Origin: an uncultured Rubripirellula sp.
Lineage (GTDB): Bacteria > Planctomycetota > Planctomycetia > Pirellulales > Pirellulaceae
Length of the DNA: 64,000 bases
Direction of reading: 5' to 3'
Assembly (NCBI GenBank): GCA_938075415.1
Contig: CALJHC010000026.1
Location: forward strand, 180,039-244,038
The position numbers were made by a program, and so were the translations under genes. The notes beneath the pieces were generated by a model, which worked only from the letters and a program-made list of their open reading frames with translations, had not been told where the DNA came from and ran no database searches. How positions within the stretch are numbered: position 1 is the stretch's first letter; each line of letters begins with the position of its first letter. Of this stretch, positions 49,675 through 58,554 are shown piece by piece.

Positions 49675-50351
49675 GCCGAAGGCTCCGTTGAATGTTGAGT
49701 GACTTTGTAGATGCGTTGTTCGGGATCAAATCCGATGATGATGGCCTGTTCACCTTTGGTGATGATAGAACCATCGGTTTGGACGTTCAGCAGTAAGGGT
49801 GCTGCGTTGGTGCGGTATTTGGCTTGTCCGAATTTATCAGTTGCCTCGGAGGTCGAAATCTCACATTTCTCGCCGATCAAAGTTTCATGGTTGTAAATGG
49901 GGGGTGGGACAAAGTATCGCAGTAAGGGTTGGGTGGTGATCTTGGTCAATCCCACAGCCAATACCACGTTCCGGACCATCAAAATTAGGCTCGGTGCCCA
50001 ATCTGGGGCGTACCTTTGACTATCGAATTGATGCCAGAGTCCGTATGAAATTGCCCAAAACATGACCGTAAAAATACCACCCCACAGGATAATCGGGAGT
50101 CGGCTGAAGTTCGTCCAGCGAACTGTCATTCCACCAATTCCCTGAAGAAAATCCATATCGAATGGGATTATTTGGGTTAGGTCTGGCCCGAAGGAGGGGT
50201 CTGCATCCATTTCAGGTAGATCCAAGCCGAGATCCAGTAGGCCCAGCATGCCCAAAAGGGTGTAGACGACCAGAAGTGCTGCGAGGATGGATGCTGGCCA
50301 AACGGGACCAACCAGCATTCGTTCAGCAATTTCCAAGAAAGGTTCTGGCAT
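49671..50351 (-). CDS. NfeD/YqiJ-like membrane protein (flotillin partner; C-terminal OB-fold)
   Basis: Multi-TM N-terminal half (VWPASILAALLVVYTLLGMLGLLDLGL; ILWGGIFTVMFWAISYGLW; LILMVRNVVLAVGL). C-terminal beta-rich soluble region (GSIITKGEQAIIIGFD). Its stop overlaps the flotillin start by 4 bp. Start set at MPEPFLEIAE (ATG complement 50349-50351). The track extends to 50444. Confidence 0.65.
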   Translation of the reverse strand: MPEPFLEIAERMLVGPVWPASILAALLVVYTLLGMLGLLDLGLDLPEMDADPSFGPDLTQIIPFDMDFLQGIGGMTVRWTNFSRLPIILWGGIFTVMFWAISYGLWHQFDSQRYAPDWAPSLILMVRNVVLAVGLTKITTQPLLRYFVPPPIYNHETLIGEKCEISTSEATDKFGQAKYRTNAAPLLLNVQTDGSIITKGEQAIIIGFDPEQRIYKVTQHSTEPSA

Positions 50352-50536
50352 CTCGGTAACTCCTAATTGATCAAACAGGGGACCGCCTATGTTGTGTTCG
50401 TCTGCGATTCTGAGAAACGATTTGCAGAATGCTGCCCGCTGCAAAGTGGGCGACCCGGTTCGATGAATCCGGATCAGTCGTTGTTCTGTTCAACCTTACG
50501 TGAAAAGATTGTTCCATTAACTTGCTGAACGGCCTA

Positions 50537-52321
50537 TTAGGGCTGCTTGGCATCGGATTCTGAGTTCCACCACCATCGCTGTTGAAGTAAGGGTCTTGCC
50601 GATTGGTGGTCCACTTGCGTTTGAATCAGAGGATACTGAACTAATTGCTCTGGCAGCGTTTGCCCGGAGTCTACTGAGACTCCGCCACTTGCGAGCAGAA
50701 CGTGGTGTCTTTTGGATCCGTGTCGAACCGAATGCATGGTTCCAATCGAAGCCACTTGCCGAGGTGTCTTGAGAAGAGCCGGTGATTCCGTAGCACCATT
50801 GGTTAATATTTCGACGATTCTGGCGTGCGCAGGAGAGTCTCCGAAACGTTTGATCACTTCGGCGAGGGATGCCGCTTCATAGATCGACTCAAGGGCTCCA
50901 TAAATTGGGTAGTCTTGTCGAATAGAAACCCAATTCTGGTTAAACGATTGAACGAATGCTTTTGTTCTGGGGTCCTGCGTTATCGCACCCCGTTTGCCGC
51001 TGAGAAGAGCCCGTTCGTTCTCACTGCTAAGGCGAATCGGGGTCCCGGAGAGTTGGAAATATGTCTTCTCCTGATTGGCCCTCAGTTGTCGAGCTTCGGC
51101 GGTGAACCAGAGTCGCAGCAGTAGCTCTTGAGGTGGTCCTTGCGCAATCGCCTGATCGATTGCGTCGAGATAGTTCATCGCCGAGAGAGGCATTGGGTGT
51201 TGGCCAAGGGCAAGCTTTTTCATGTGTCGGTCCGCCTCGACCATCACATAACCAATTGGAAGATCACCTGGGATACCAAAGACCTCCACTCGCTGCATTC
51301 CTAATGCCTCCGTAAGAGCACCTGAAGCCTCTTGGATTGGGATCTGTTGCTGTTGTATCCGCTGTCCCACTTCGGCCGCCCGCTGCAAACCTTCCCTGGT
51401 TGGATCGATTGTGCATCCGTAAGGTTGTTGGAAGAATGCCGACCAAAGATTAGCTCGCAGGAAGTCCAAGCTTAGTGTGCTCTTGCCTGATTCTCGGTCT
51501 TGATACCAACCGTCCGTCTGGTCAATGCCTCCGACGGTGCCAGCGATCACAATGTCATTGGGTTCAAGAAAGATGTGTTGAATCGAAGATAATCCGGCGA
51601 GATTTCGCATCGCTTCGGAGGGAGTTAAACCTTGTTGCTGCCATCGATTCCATCTTGAGGAGAGCCTGCCGAGCGAAACAAATCGTAATCTGCTCGGGTC
51701 TTTCCATGCATTGGAACCTGACTTGCCGCGAGCCGAATTCCGCTTAGGTTCTGCTTCTTTTCGTATTGAAACATGTGTTGCTGATAGGGGCTGGCAATCA
51801 ATGATTGTGCCGGAGGCATCCACGTAAACTCCTTGCGGATAGGACGCCATGGTGCTGGGGCCGCCAAGCGATTCCCATGTATCCGGGACAACGGTCGTTT
51901 GGATCAGGTCAATCAGCATTTGGAAGTCTGCAAAGGAGCCGCCGCCGCTGGCTTGATCCATTAAATCGGCGTCGAATTGCCCAGAAGGTGCCGAGGGAAG
52001 ATAGGCATCATTTGAACCAAGGGAAGAACCTGTTGAAAAAGTTTCCAACGACAACCGTTGGTGCTGATTCATACGTCTTGTTGAAGCATCAGATGGATTT
52101 TCGGCTCTCTCAGCTGCTTGCCTTGCCATTGCAAATTCGCCGGCGTCACGGTGCGAGGTTTCTCTGCTGCCATCGTTTCCCGAGTCGCCACCGTCCTGAC
52201 CGTAAAGAATTACCGGTTCGGGAAAGCAAACCACCGGTAGCACGTTCAGGAAAGAACAAAAGAACAACACCCTTACGACCACATCGATCAGTGCTGGCGG
52301 TTGAATTACCGATTGCATCAT
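50537..52321 (-). CDS. Secreted DUF1598-like protein (paralog 1)
   Basis: 594 aa. N-terminal hydrophobic segment. Shares blocks with the ORF at 53350-54747: IQHIFLEPNDIVIAGTVGG vs IQYVFFYPDTKDIVIAGPAEG, DRHMKKLALG vs DYRMKLVGIG, and the C-terminal WWW motif (QQRWWWN vs GQWWWD). I recall a Planctomycete-restricted family (DUF1598) with this pattern, but the family name is from memory. Confidence 0.65.
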   Translation of the reverse strand: MMQSVIQPPALIDVVVRVLFFCSFLNVLPVVCFPEPVILYGQDGGDSGNDGSRETSHRDAGEFAMARQAAERAENPSDASTRRMNQHQRLSLETFSTGSSLGSNDAYLPSAPSGQFDADLMDQASGGGSFADFQMLIDLIQTTVVPDTWESLGGPSTMASYPQGVYVDASGTIIDCQPLSATHVSIRKEAEPKRNSARGKSGSNAWKDPSRLRFVSLGRLSSRWNRWQQQGLTPSEAMRNLAGLSSIQHIFLEPNDIVIAGTVGGIDQTDGWYQDRESGKSTLSLDFLRANLWSAFFQQPYGCTIDPTREGLQRAAEVGQRIQQQQIPIQEASGALTEALGMQRVEVFGIPGDLPIGYVMVEADRHMKKLALGQHPMPLSAMNYLDAIDQAIAQGPPQELLLRLWFTAEARQLRANQEKTYFQLSGTPIRLSSENERALLSGKRGAITQDPRTKAFVQSFNQNWVSIRQDYPIYGALESIYEAASLAEVIKRFGDSPAHARIVEILTNGATESPALLKTPRQVASIGTMHSVRHGSKRHHVLLASGGVSVDSGQTLPEQLVQYPLIQTQVDHQSARPLLQQRWWWNSESDAKQP

Positions 52322-53217
52322 GGATTGATTAGTTGGTTATGAGTTGATTGGGCTGAGAGGTTGTGCCTTCCCCATCCACGCCATTTTGCTCGGGGACTTC
52401 AAATCACTGCAGTGGAATAAACTGGACGGAAAAAAGGGATGGGAATGATCTGTACCGCCGACTGACGGGGTCGCACCTTATTTCTTCAGCGTCATCTCTT
52501 CAGCGTCCAGCTAATGATCCGACAAGCAGGCACATGACTCATCAGAAGGATCTTCACCCAGTGACTCTTGTTTGTGTCCTCTGGCCCTCGTTATTGAAGT
52601 GGTTTGCTCTGGGTTAACGAGTGGGTTGCGGAGTGGGCTTGCGGCCTTCATCCCTTCCCTCCGTCATTGGAATTTATCCCAAATCCACCTCAGAAGAGAA
52701 CCTTTTCACTGGTTTTTGGACATTTTAACACTTCGTCCCTGATTCCATTGGAAATTCCATGAGGGGATTTTGTCAGCCTTGACCGGAGAAAATCTGCTTA
52801 AGGCTCTCCCTCCTATTTTTTGACAAGCAGAAACGCCTGGCTATCACTTTCGATTTTTTCGTTCTCTGAGAATCTGGTCCCCGACGGTGATGATCCGAGA
52901 GATGCTCCAAAGAAACGCTTGAATGAACTTTTAGTGTTTCCCATTTTGCCATCGAAACGATGGGATGAGAGCGAATTCATGCCAGCGTTTTAAGCGGACT
53001 TAGCCGATTCAAAGTCAGGACTTGAATCGGCTAAGAGGTAACGAAGTAGGTCAGGATCGGGGGTATGACGCGGGGAAAAGTGGCCAAATGAGGTTGGTTG
53101 ATTTTCCGACCTGGTCAAAGCCCAGCGACACGTAAGGCTCAGTGATTTCAAACGTCTGGATGGGGAATCAAGGCAAACCATTTTGGAGCCCATGCGAAAG
53201 CGTATTCGGTTGCGCAC

Positions 53218-53247
53218 AAAAAAAGCGGGCCGCTTTCAGGCGGCCCG
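53218..53247 (-). terminator. Perfect 9-bp GC-rich hairpin plus U6 on the minus strand, 100 bp downstream of DUF1598 paralog 2
   Basis: The + strand reads aaaaaa-GCGGGCCGC-tttcag-GCGGCCCGC. On the minus strand it is followed by UUUUUU. Confidence 0.7.
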
Positions 53248-53349
53248 CTATCAATCTTCACTGTATTCCTCACCATCCGAACTTCATTGGGAAGCAATCC
53301 GGTGCCAAGAATCGCTGAATTTGCGGAAGCTATCCATTCGATCCGACGC

Positions 53350-54747
53350 TCAATCCCACCACCATTGTCCGGGTTCGAGACTTGATGGACCGGCAAGTTC
53401 CTTGGCCGCTTTGTTGGCTCCATCGGTATCAACTTCAACTCGACCCGATTCAAGTGCGATACGTGGTTCGACACGCACGCCGCCGCCGAGTGGTGTCATC
53501 AAAGTGTTACCCCTCCAGATTGCATTGACCGCAGTCTCGACTTGTTCAGGGGCTGTGTAGGTTTCAACGGAAACCTTTGACTCGTCCAGCAGGACCGGCA
53601 TGTTCCATTCGAGTTGACCATAAAAGTCTTGCTGCTGAATGTAGGCTGCTGCGATCGAGACGTCGATAAGTTGCCGAAGTTCGGCATAGATTCGAACGCG
53701 TTTCTGAATTGCGGTGAACTTCTTGGTGAAATCGGCACAAAACGCTTGGCTGGCTCGATTGGCTCGCCCGCTTGCGGCACGACGTCCTTCAACGACTCGC
53801 TCGTTGGCGCCAACGAGTTGAACACCACGCTCTTTGATTCGCATGGCTGTTCCATCATCGTTCACGGCGATACCGTCGTAATTGGGTTGGAAATACCAGC
53901 GTTCCATGGCGTTGGCAGCGACCGCACTTGGATTGGCTCGCTCAACATAACTTTTCACAGGAACAGGCAGTCGTTCCAATCCAATGCCGACTAACTTCAT
54001 GCGATAGTCCGCTTCAACGAGCACTCGAGCAAAGTGGGTGGAGTTGGGGATTCCCTTGAAGGTGACCGTTTGCAAACCAAGATTTTCCTTCATTCCTCGA
54101 GCAATTCGAGCCGCGTCGCTTGGGCGAGCAACCCGGCGAGCTTGCTGCATGTACCGATTCATCTGCTGCAAGCCTTCGGCCGTTGGATCAATGGAGACAC
54201 TGATCACCGAGGTTGGTTTCGTATTTGGAGCGAAGGCCCGAAGTGATGTCACCAAATCCTCGAGGAGCAGCGTGGGCTGACCCGATTCCATTCCGATCAA
54301 ACGCTCTGTTTGGTCGGCAAAGAACCCTTCGGCGGGACCAGCGATCACGATGTCTTTGGTGTCTGGATAGAAGAAGACGTACTGAATCGAGGTCAGGCCA
54401 GCAACTGCCAGGAGGTCATCACTGAGCTCCACACCGGCCTCTCTCTGAGAAACGATTGCTGCCTCAAGACGATTCAGGGAAACCTTACGTAGCTTCGAGG
54501 CTTGCATCACATTTCGATCGCCCTGAGCGCGGGCGGCTGCGAAACGCTGCTGAGCCAGCCTTGGATCGAATTGTTTGACACGCAGAACGCCCGCAGCATC
54601 GACATCAATACCGGCGATCGGGCTTCCGAGAAAGTTGGTGTCACCACCACCACCACCACCGCCGCCCTGTGCGAAACTTTCGGACAGCGGGGCGAATGCG
54701 ACGACGACGAGAGTCGAAAATGCGATGAAGCGTTGCAACGTGTTCAT
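53350..54747 (-). CDS. Secreted DUF1598-like protein (paralog 2)
   Basis: Start at MNTLQRFIAFSTLVVVAFAPLSESFAQGGGGGGGG (signal peptide followed by Gly8). Paralogous blocks with 50537-52321 (see above). The track extends to 54774. Confidence 0.65.
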   Translation of the reverse strand: MNTLQRFIAFSTLVVVAFAPLSESFAQGGGGGGGGDTNFLGSPIAGIDVDAAGVLRVKQFDPRLAQQRFAAARAQGDRNVMQASKLRKVSLNRLEAAIVSQREAGVELSDDLLAVAGLTSIQYVFFYPDTKDIVIAGPAEGFFADQTERLIGMESGQPTLLLEDLVTSLRAFAPNTKPTSVISVSIDPTAEGLQQMNRYMQQARRVARPSDAARIARGMKENLGLQTVTFKGIPNSTHFARVLVEADYRMKLVGIGLERLPVPVKSYVERANPSAVAANAMERWYFQPNYDGIAVNDDGTAMRIKERGVQLVGANERVVEGRRAASGRANRASQAFCADFTKKFTAIQKRVRIYAELRQLIDVSIAAAYIQQQDFYGQLEWNMPVLLDESKVSVETYTAPEQVETAVNAIWRGNTLMTPLGGGVRVEPRIALESGRVEVDTDGANKAAKELAGPSSLEPGQWWWD

Positions 54748-55731
54748 ATAATTGCCGCGGGTGGCTTGATTCAACTGGAAGCCGTCGCTGAGTCAATCTG
54801 CAACGTCGGCCTGACATCTAATGAAAATAATTCGACCTGTTGGTCACTACAACAAATTAGTTTCCCCCAACACGTGGCGAAACTCAAATTTGTCACATTG
54901 AGCAAATCTTTCCGATTAGGCAGTTTTAATCCTAGCATCTGGCTAATCAATCAGCTGCCCAACTAAGCCAATTTGTCTCTGAATCGGACGAGATGTTAAC
55001 GATTATCGGCAATTTTGGCTGGAAGATCAGAGGTAATTGCCGGTTTTGCTTGGTGAGCGAGTCCTAGGGACGGGAAAGGACAGCTGTGTGGTTTAGGCGA
55101 CTTGGGGCACTGCCCCGTGTGCAATGTCGCTGCCCCGTGTTATTCATCGGCACTGCCCAGTGTTGTTCATTGGCAGGGTTCTGCATTACGAATGTCAGAA
55201 GGCTTGCAATCAGCCTCGGTCCGTCTGCGAGTCATGGGCCGCCCGAGGGAGGGGGTGGGCAGCTGATCTTTTCTCGGTGAAGGCATCGGTAATGTTATTC
55301 AAGTGGAGTGATTTCCAACGATGACATTGCATGAACTTTTCGATAGTGGATCATCGACGTCACTGCCCTTTTTCCGCCTTTTGCGTCCTGAACCTTAACA
55401 GGTCTCTGCAGTTGACGGTCGCTTGAGCCACCTCGGATTTTACCGATGATGACGAGAAGATCTTCGGGTGCAATGGTTTGGGTTGGGGCTAAATCTTCGC
55501 CGGACCTTGCTTGGTTTTTGGTCGGTCGGATTTGGCTTAGCAAAGCTGGTCAGACCCGGAATTCGGCGGTTTAGTCGGGTTTTTCCTGATAATAGCTGTA
55601 TGCGGCACCTTGTATCGGGCAATCAGGCTGGTGCTTGAGATTCGCCCCCTGCCTCGTATCTGGTTATCAGCCTAGAATCCAAGATGTTGTTACTCGCGAA
55701 TGAAACCCTGATTGGATAGGAAGACAAATCG

Positions 55732-57210
55732 ATGAGCGGAGACTGTGATTTTGGTCTGATTGGCTTGGCGGTGATGGGCGAAAACCTGGCCCTCAATGTG
55801 GAAAGCCGTGGCTACAAAGTAGCCGTTTACAACCGAACCACGGACAAAGTGGATCAGCTCATTGCAGGACGTGCGTCCGGCAAGAACTTTGTCGGGACCC
55901 ACTCGATCGAGGAGTTTGTTAAATCTGTCAAGCGGCCTCGCAAGCTGATGCTGCTTGTCAAGGCTGGCCCTGCAGTGGATGCGCTGATTGAGTCATTGAT
56001 TCCCCTGTGTGAACCGGGTGACATCATCATCGATGGTGGAAATACTCATTATGCGGACACCGAACGACGCACCAAGCGAGTGGAAGAGGCAGGCTTGCTG
56101 TTTTGTGGATGTGGCGTATCCGGTGGCGAGGAGGGCGCTTTGAAGGGGCCTAGTCTGATGCCGGGCGGTAGCGAGGAAGCTTGGCCCCATGTCAAGGAAA
56201 TGTTTCAGGCGATTGCTGCGAAGGTGGGTCCCAATGATGACATCCCTTGCTGCGAGTGGGTCGGGCCCCGTGGTGCCGGCCACTATGTCAAAATGGTTCA
56301 CAATGGCATCGAATACGGTGACATGCAGCTGATCTGTGAAGCCTATCAGTTACTTCGCGAGATCGGTGGACTCTCGAACGAAGAACTCTACGACGTTTTC
56401 ACTTCATGGAATCAAGGCGATTTGCAGAGTTACCTGATCGAGATTTCTCGCGATATTTTCAGCGTCAAGGATCCAGAGGGAGACGGTTTTCTCGTCGATA
56501 AAATTTTGGACGTCGCGGGTGCGAAAGGGACTGGTAAGTGGATGAGTCAGCTTGCATTGGACCTCGGTGTGCCCAGCACGCTGGTGACCACCGCTGTTTT
56601 CGCACGCGGTTTATCGGCACAAAAGGATGCTCGAGTTCGTGCGAGCGGGTCATTGAAGGGGCCCGGCGAGCAGATGAACCCGCAGATGACTGCTGCGGCA
56701 AAAGCTCTTGTTGGAGACCGAGAAACCTTCGTTGATGCCGTCAAAAATGCGCTCTATGCGTCGAAAATTGTCAGTTACGCGCAAGGCTTTGTCCAATTGC
56801 AAGCCGCTTCAGCTGAGCATGATTGGGGACTGAATTACGGAAACTCTGCTTTGCTATGGCGAGGTGGTTGCATTATTCGAGCTCAGTTCTTGGATCGAAT
56901 CAAAGAGGCATTCGATAGCGACGCCAATTTGGAAAACCTGTTGCTGGATCCTTTCTTTGAGCAAGCCGTTGAGAACGCTCAGGAAGCTTGGCGATCCGTG
57001 GTTGCCGCCGCCTCAGTTCTGGGTGTACCCGTTCCTGCGTTTAGTGCGGCGTTATGCTACTACGACGGTTATCGTTTAGGACGTCTTCCTGCCAACCTGC
57101 TTCAGGCACAGCGAGATTACTTTGGTGCCCACACCTATCAACGGGTTGATCGGGAAGGGACTTTCCACACCGAATGGCTTCAACTGAGGCGAGAACCGTC
57201 CGAGGGATAG
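55732..57210 (+). CDS. gnd: 6-phosphogluconate dehydrogenase (decarboxylating)
   Basis: 492 aa. N-terminal Rossmann motif GLIGLAVMGENLALN. Conserved GxGVSGGEEGA and catalytic region IDGGNTHY. C-terminal dimerisation helices. Full length. Confidence 0.9.
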   Translation: MSGDCDFGLIGLAVMGENLALNVESRGYKVAVYNRTTDKVDQLIAGRASGKNFVGTHSIEEFVKSVKRPRKLMLLVKAGPAVDALIESLIPLCEPGDIIIDGGNTHYADTERRTKRVEEAGLLFCGCGVSGGEEGALKGPSLMPGGSEEAWPHVKEMFQAIAAKVGPNDDIPCCEWVGPRGAGHYVKMVHNGIEYGDMQLICEAYQLLREIGGLSNEELYDVFTSWNQGDLQSYLIEISRDIFSVKDPEGDGFLVDKILDVAGAKGTGKWMSQLALDLGVPSTLVTTAVFARGLSAQKDARVRASGSLKGPGEQMNPQMTAAAKALVGDRETFVDAVKNALYASKIVSYAQGFVQLQAASAEHDWGLNYGNSALLWRGGCIIRAQFLDRIKEAFDSDANLENLLLDPFFEQAVENAQEAWRSVVAAASVLGVPVPAFSAALCYYDGYRLGRLPANLLQAQRDYFGAHTYQRVDREGTFHTEWLQLRREPSEG

Positions 57211-57272
57211 GAGCGAGGATGGGGCATGGCCATGATTTCTCTTGAGCGGGTTCAGCTCTGAACGCCCGCTCA

Positions 57273-57344
57273 GGGCCTTATGAAGCGGGCCTTATGAAGC
57301 GGGCCTGTCGAAGCGGGCCGAGTCGAAGCGGGCCGAGTCGGAAC
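57273..57344. repeat. 14-15-bp tandem repeat, 5 copies (gggccNNNNNgaagc)
   Basis: Read directly: gggccttatgaagc x2, gggcctgtcgaagc, gggccgagtcgaagc, gggccgagtcggaac. Begins 62 bp after the gnd stop. Confidence 0.85.
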
Positions 57345-57480
57345 CTGTCCGGACTTAGAGATCGAGTCGGTGCGACCGCCCAGTCTTGAGCAGCCCCTCA
57401 CAAGCGGGCCTCTCGCGCCTCGCTGCCAGGTTGCCGTCGCCTTTGGGGGGAGCTGATTGCGCCCCTCTCAGACGATCTAT

Positions 57481-57558
57481 TCCAGTTCGGTGTCTCCCAT
57501 TCCAGTTCCGTGTCTCCCATTCCAGTTCCGTGACTCCCATTCCAGTTCCGTGTTTCGG
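57481..57558. repeat. 20-bp tandem repeat, about 3.9 copies (tccagttcSgtgWctcccat)
   Basis: Read directly: tccagttcggtgtctcccat / tccagttccgtgtctcccat / tccagttccgtgactcccat / tccagttccgtgtttcgg. Confidence 0.85.
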
Positions 57559-57838
57559 AGGTTCGTTGAATCTGCGGTGTCGTGGCCTGCTTTCTTTGCT
57601 CGCTGAGCCTTGTAAGGGACAGCAAATCGGACAAGGCAGTGACCCCACGACTTGCTCAATTGCGCCCAGGCGTTTTGAGGTCTCAGCTGAAGGGATCTTA
57701 CAAATCACTAGGCTCGATTTCTCGCTGGGGATTCGGGCGGCCACACAGGCGAGCCGGGATTCCCCCACAAAGTGTTGTGGTCCGGTAACGCTGCAGTTCA
57801 AGATTCCACCGAGGTTTCACACAGTACTTCAATCTGGC

Positions 57839-58276
57839 TCAACGCGACAAAATTGTCAGGTACTGCAAGAAGGCGTCCGCTGTTTGTGTTTTTTCAAGCT
57901 GTCGAGACATGCTTAGCACGCTCTCCACTCCCTCTCGGTAGCGGCGTTCAGGGATATCATCTCGATCGGCTATGATTTGCAGGTTTCCTGCAAGATGAGC
58001 CGCCTCAGGGGTCGCAGGTGCCGACCCTCTCATAATACCGCTCAGGGTGGAAAGGACGAAAGCATCGGTCCCCGAATGATGGCGATGGTCGACGTGTTTC
58101 AGAATTACCTCAGTGATCAGGCCAACGACGTCAACCTTGCAAGTTGTGCCGGACGCTTCGCCCAGCGATTGGCTTGCTGGCAATCCGCGGGCAGGGCGAT
58201 TTGAGGCTGAGGAACGTTTTTTACGTCGCCGGTCAGCGGCTTTCAGCTTTGGCTTGAGGGAGTTTTTTTTGACCAT
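57839..58276 (-). CDS. Hypothetical small basic protein (start MVKKNSLKPKLKAADRRRKKRS)
   Basis: ORF with protein-like composition. Start chosen at ATG (complement 58274-58276) preceded by an A-rich stretch. No motif recognised. Confidence 0.3.
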   Translation of the reverse strand: MVKKNSLKPKLKAADRRRKKRSSASNRPARGLPASQSLGEASGTTCKVDVVGLITEVILKHVDHRHHSGTDAFVLSTLSGIMRGSAPATPEAAHLAGNLQIIADRDDIPERRYREGVESVLSMSRQLEKTQTADAFLQYLTILSR

Positions 58277-58554
58277 GAGCAACCTCCGTTCGAAACCCAA
58301 CCGCTTGGCATGTAATAGCAAATCGTTTCTGTTTCGCGGACACGTGAATCACGATAGATAGGCGTCCTCATCAGTTTGACCGAGTGTCAAGTGGTTCCGA
58401 TTGCAGTTGTGGAGCGGTTTTTCACGGCGTTGAATCCTTCGGGGGAGTTGTTTGCCAGCTAGCTAGGTTCCAACCCCGAGCATTGTTTTCGGGATTTTTG
58501 GGCAACGCTGGGAATTATTTCGGTGTGTGGTTGGATTTTTGGTCTTCGTTTAGG

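Noticed and set aside
57355-57916. ORFs 57355-57801 (-) and 57386-57916 (+) downstream of gnd
   Set aside because: They span two tandem-repeat arrays and their translations are repeat-derived (for example ELEWETRNWNGRHGTGMGDTELEWE...). Not credible proteins.
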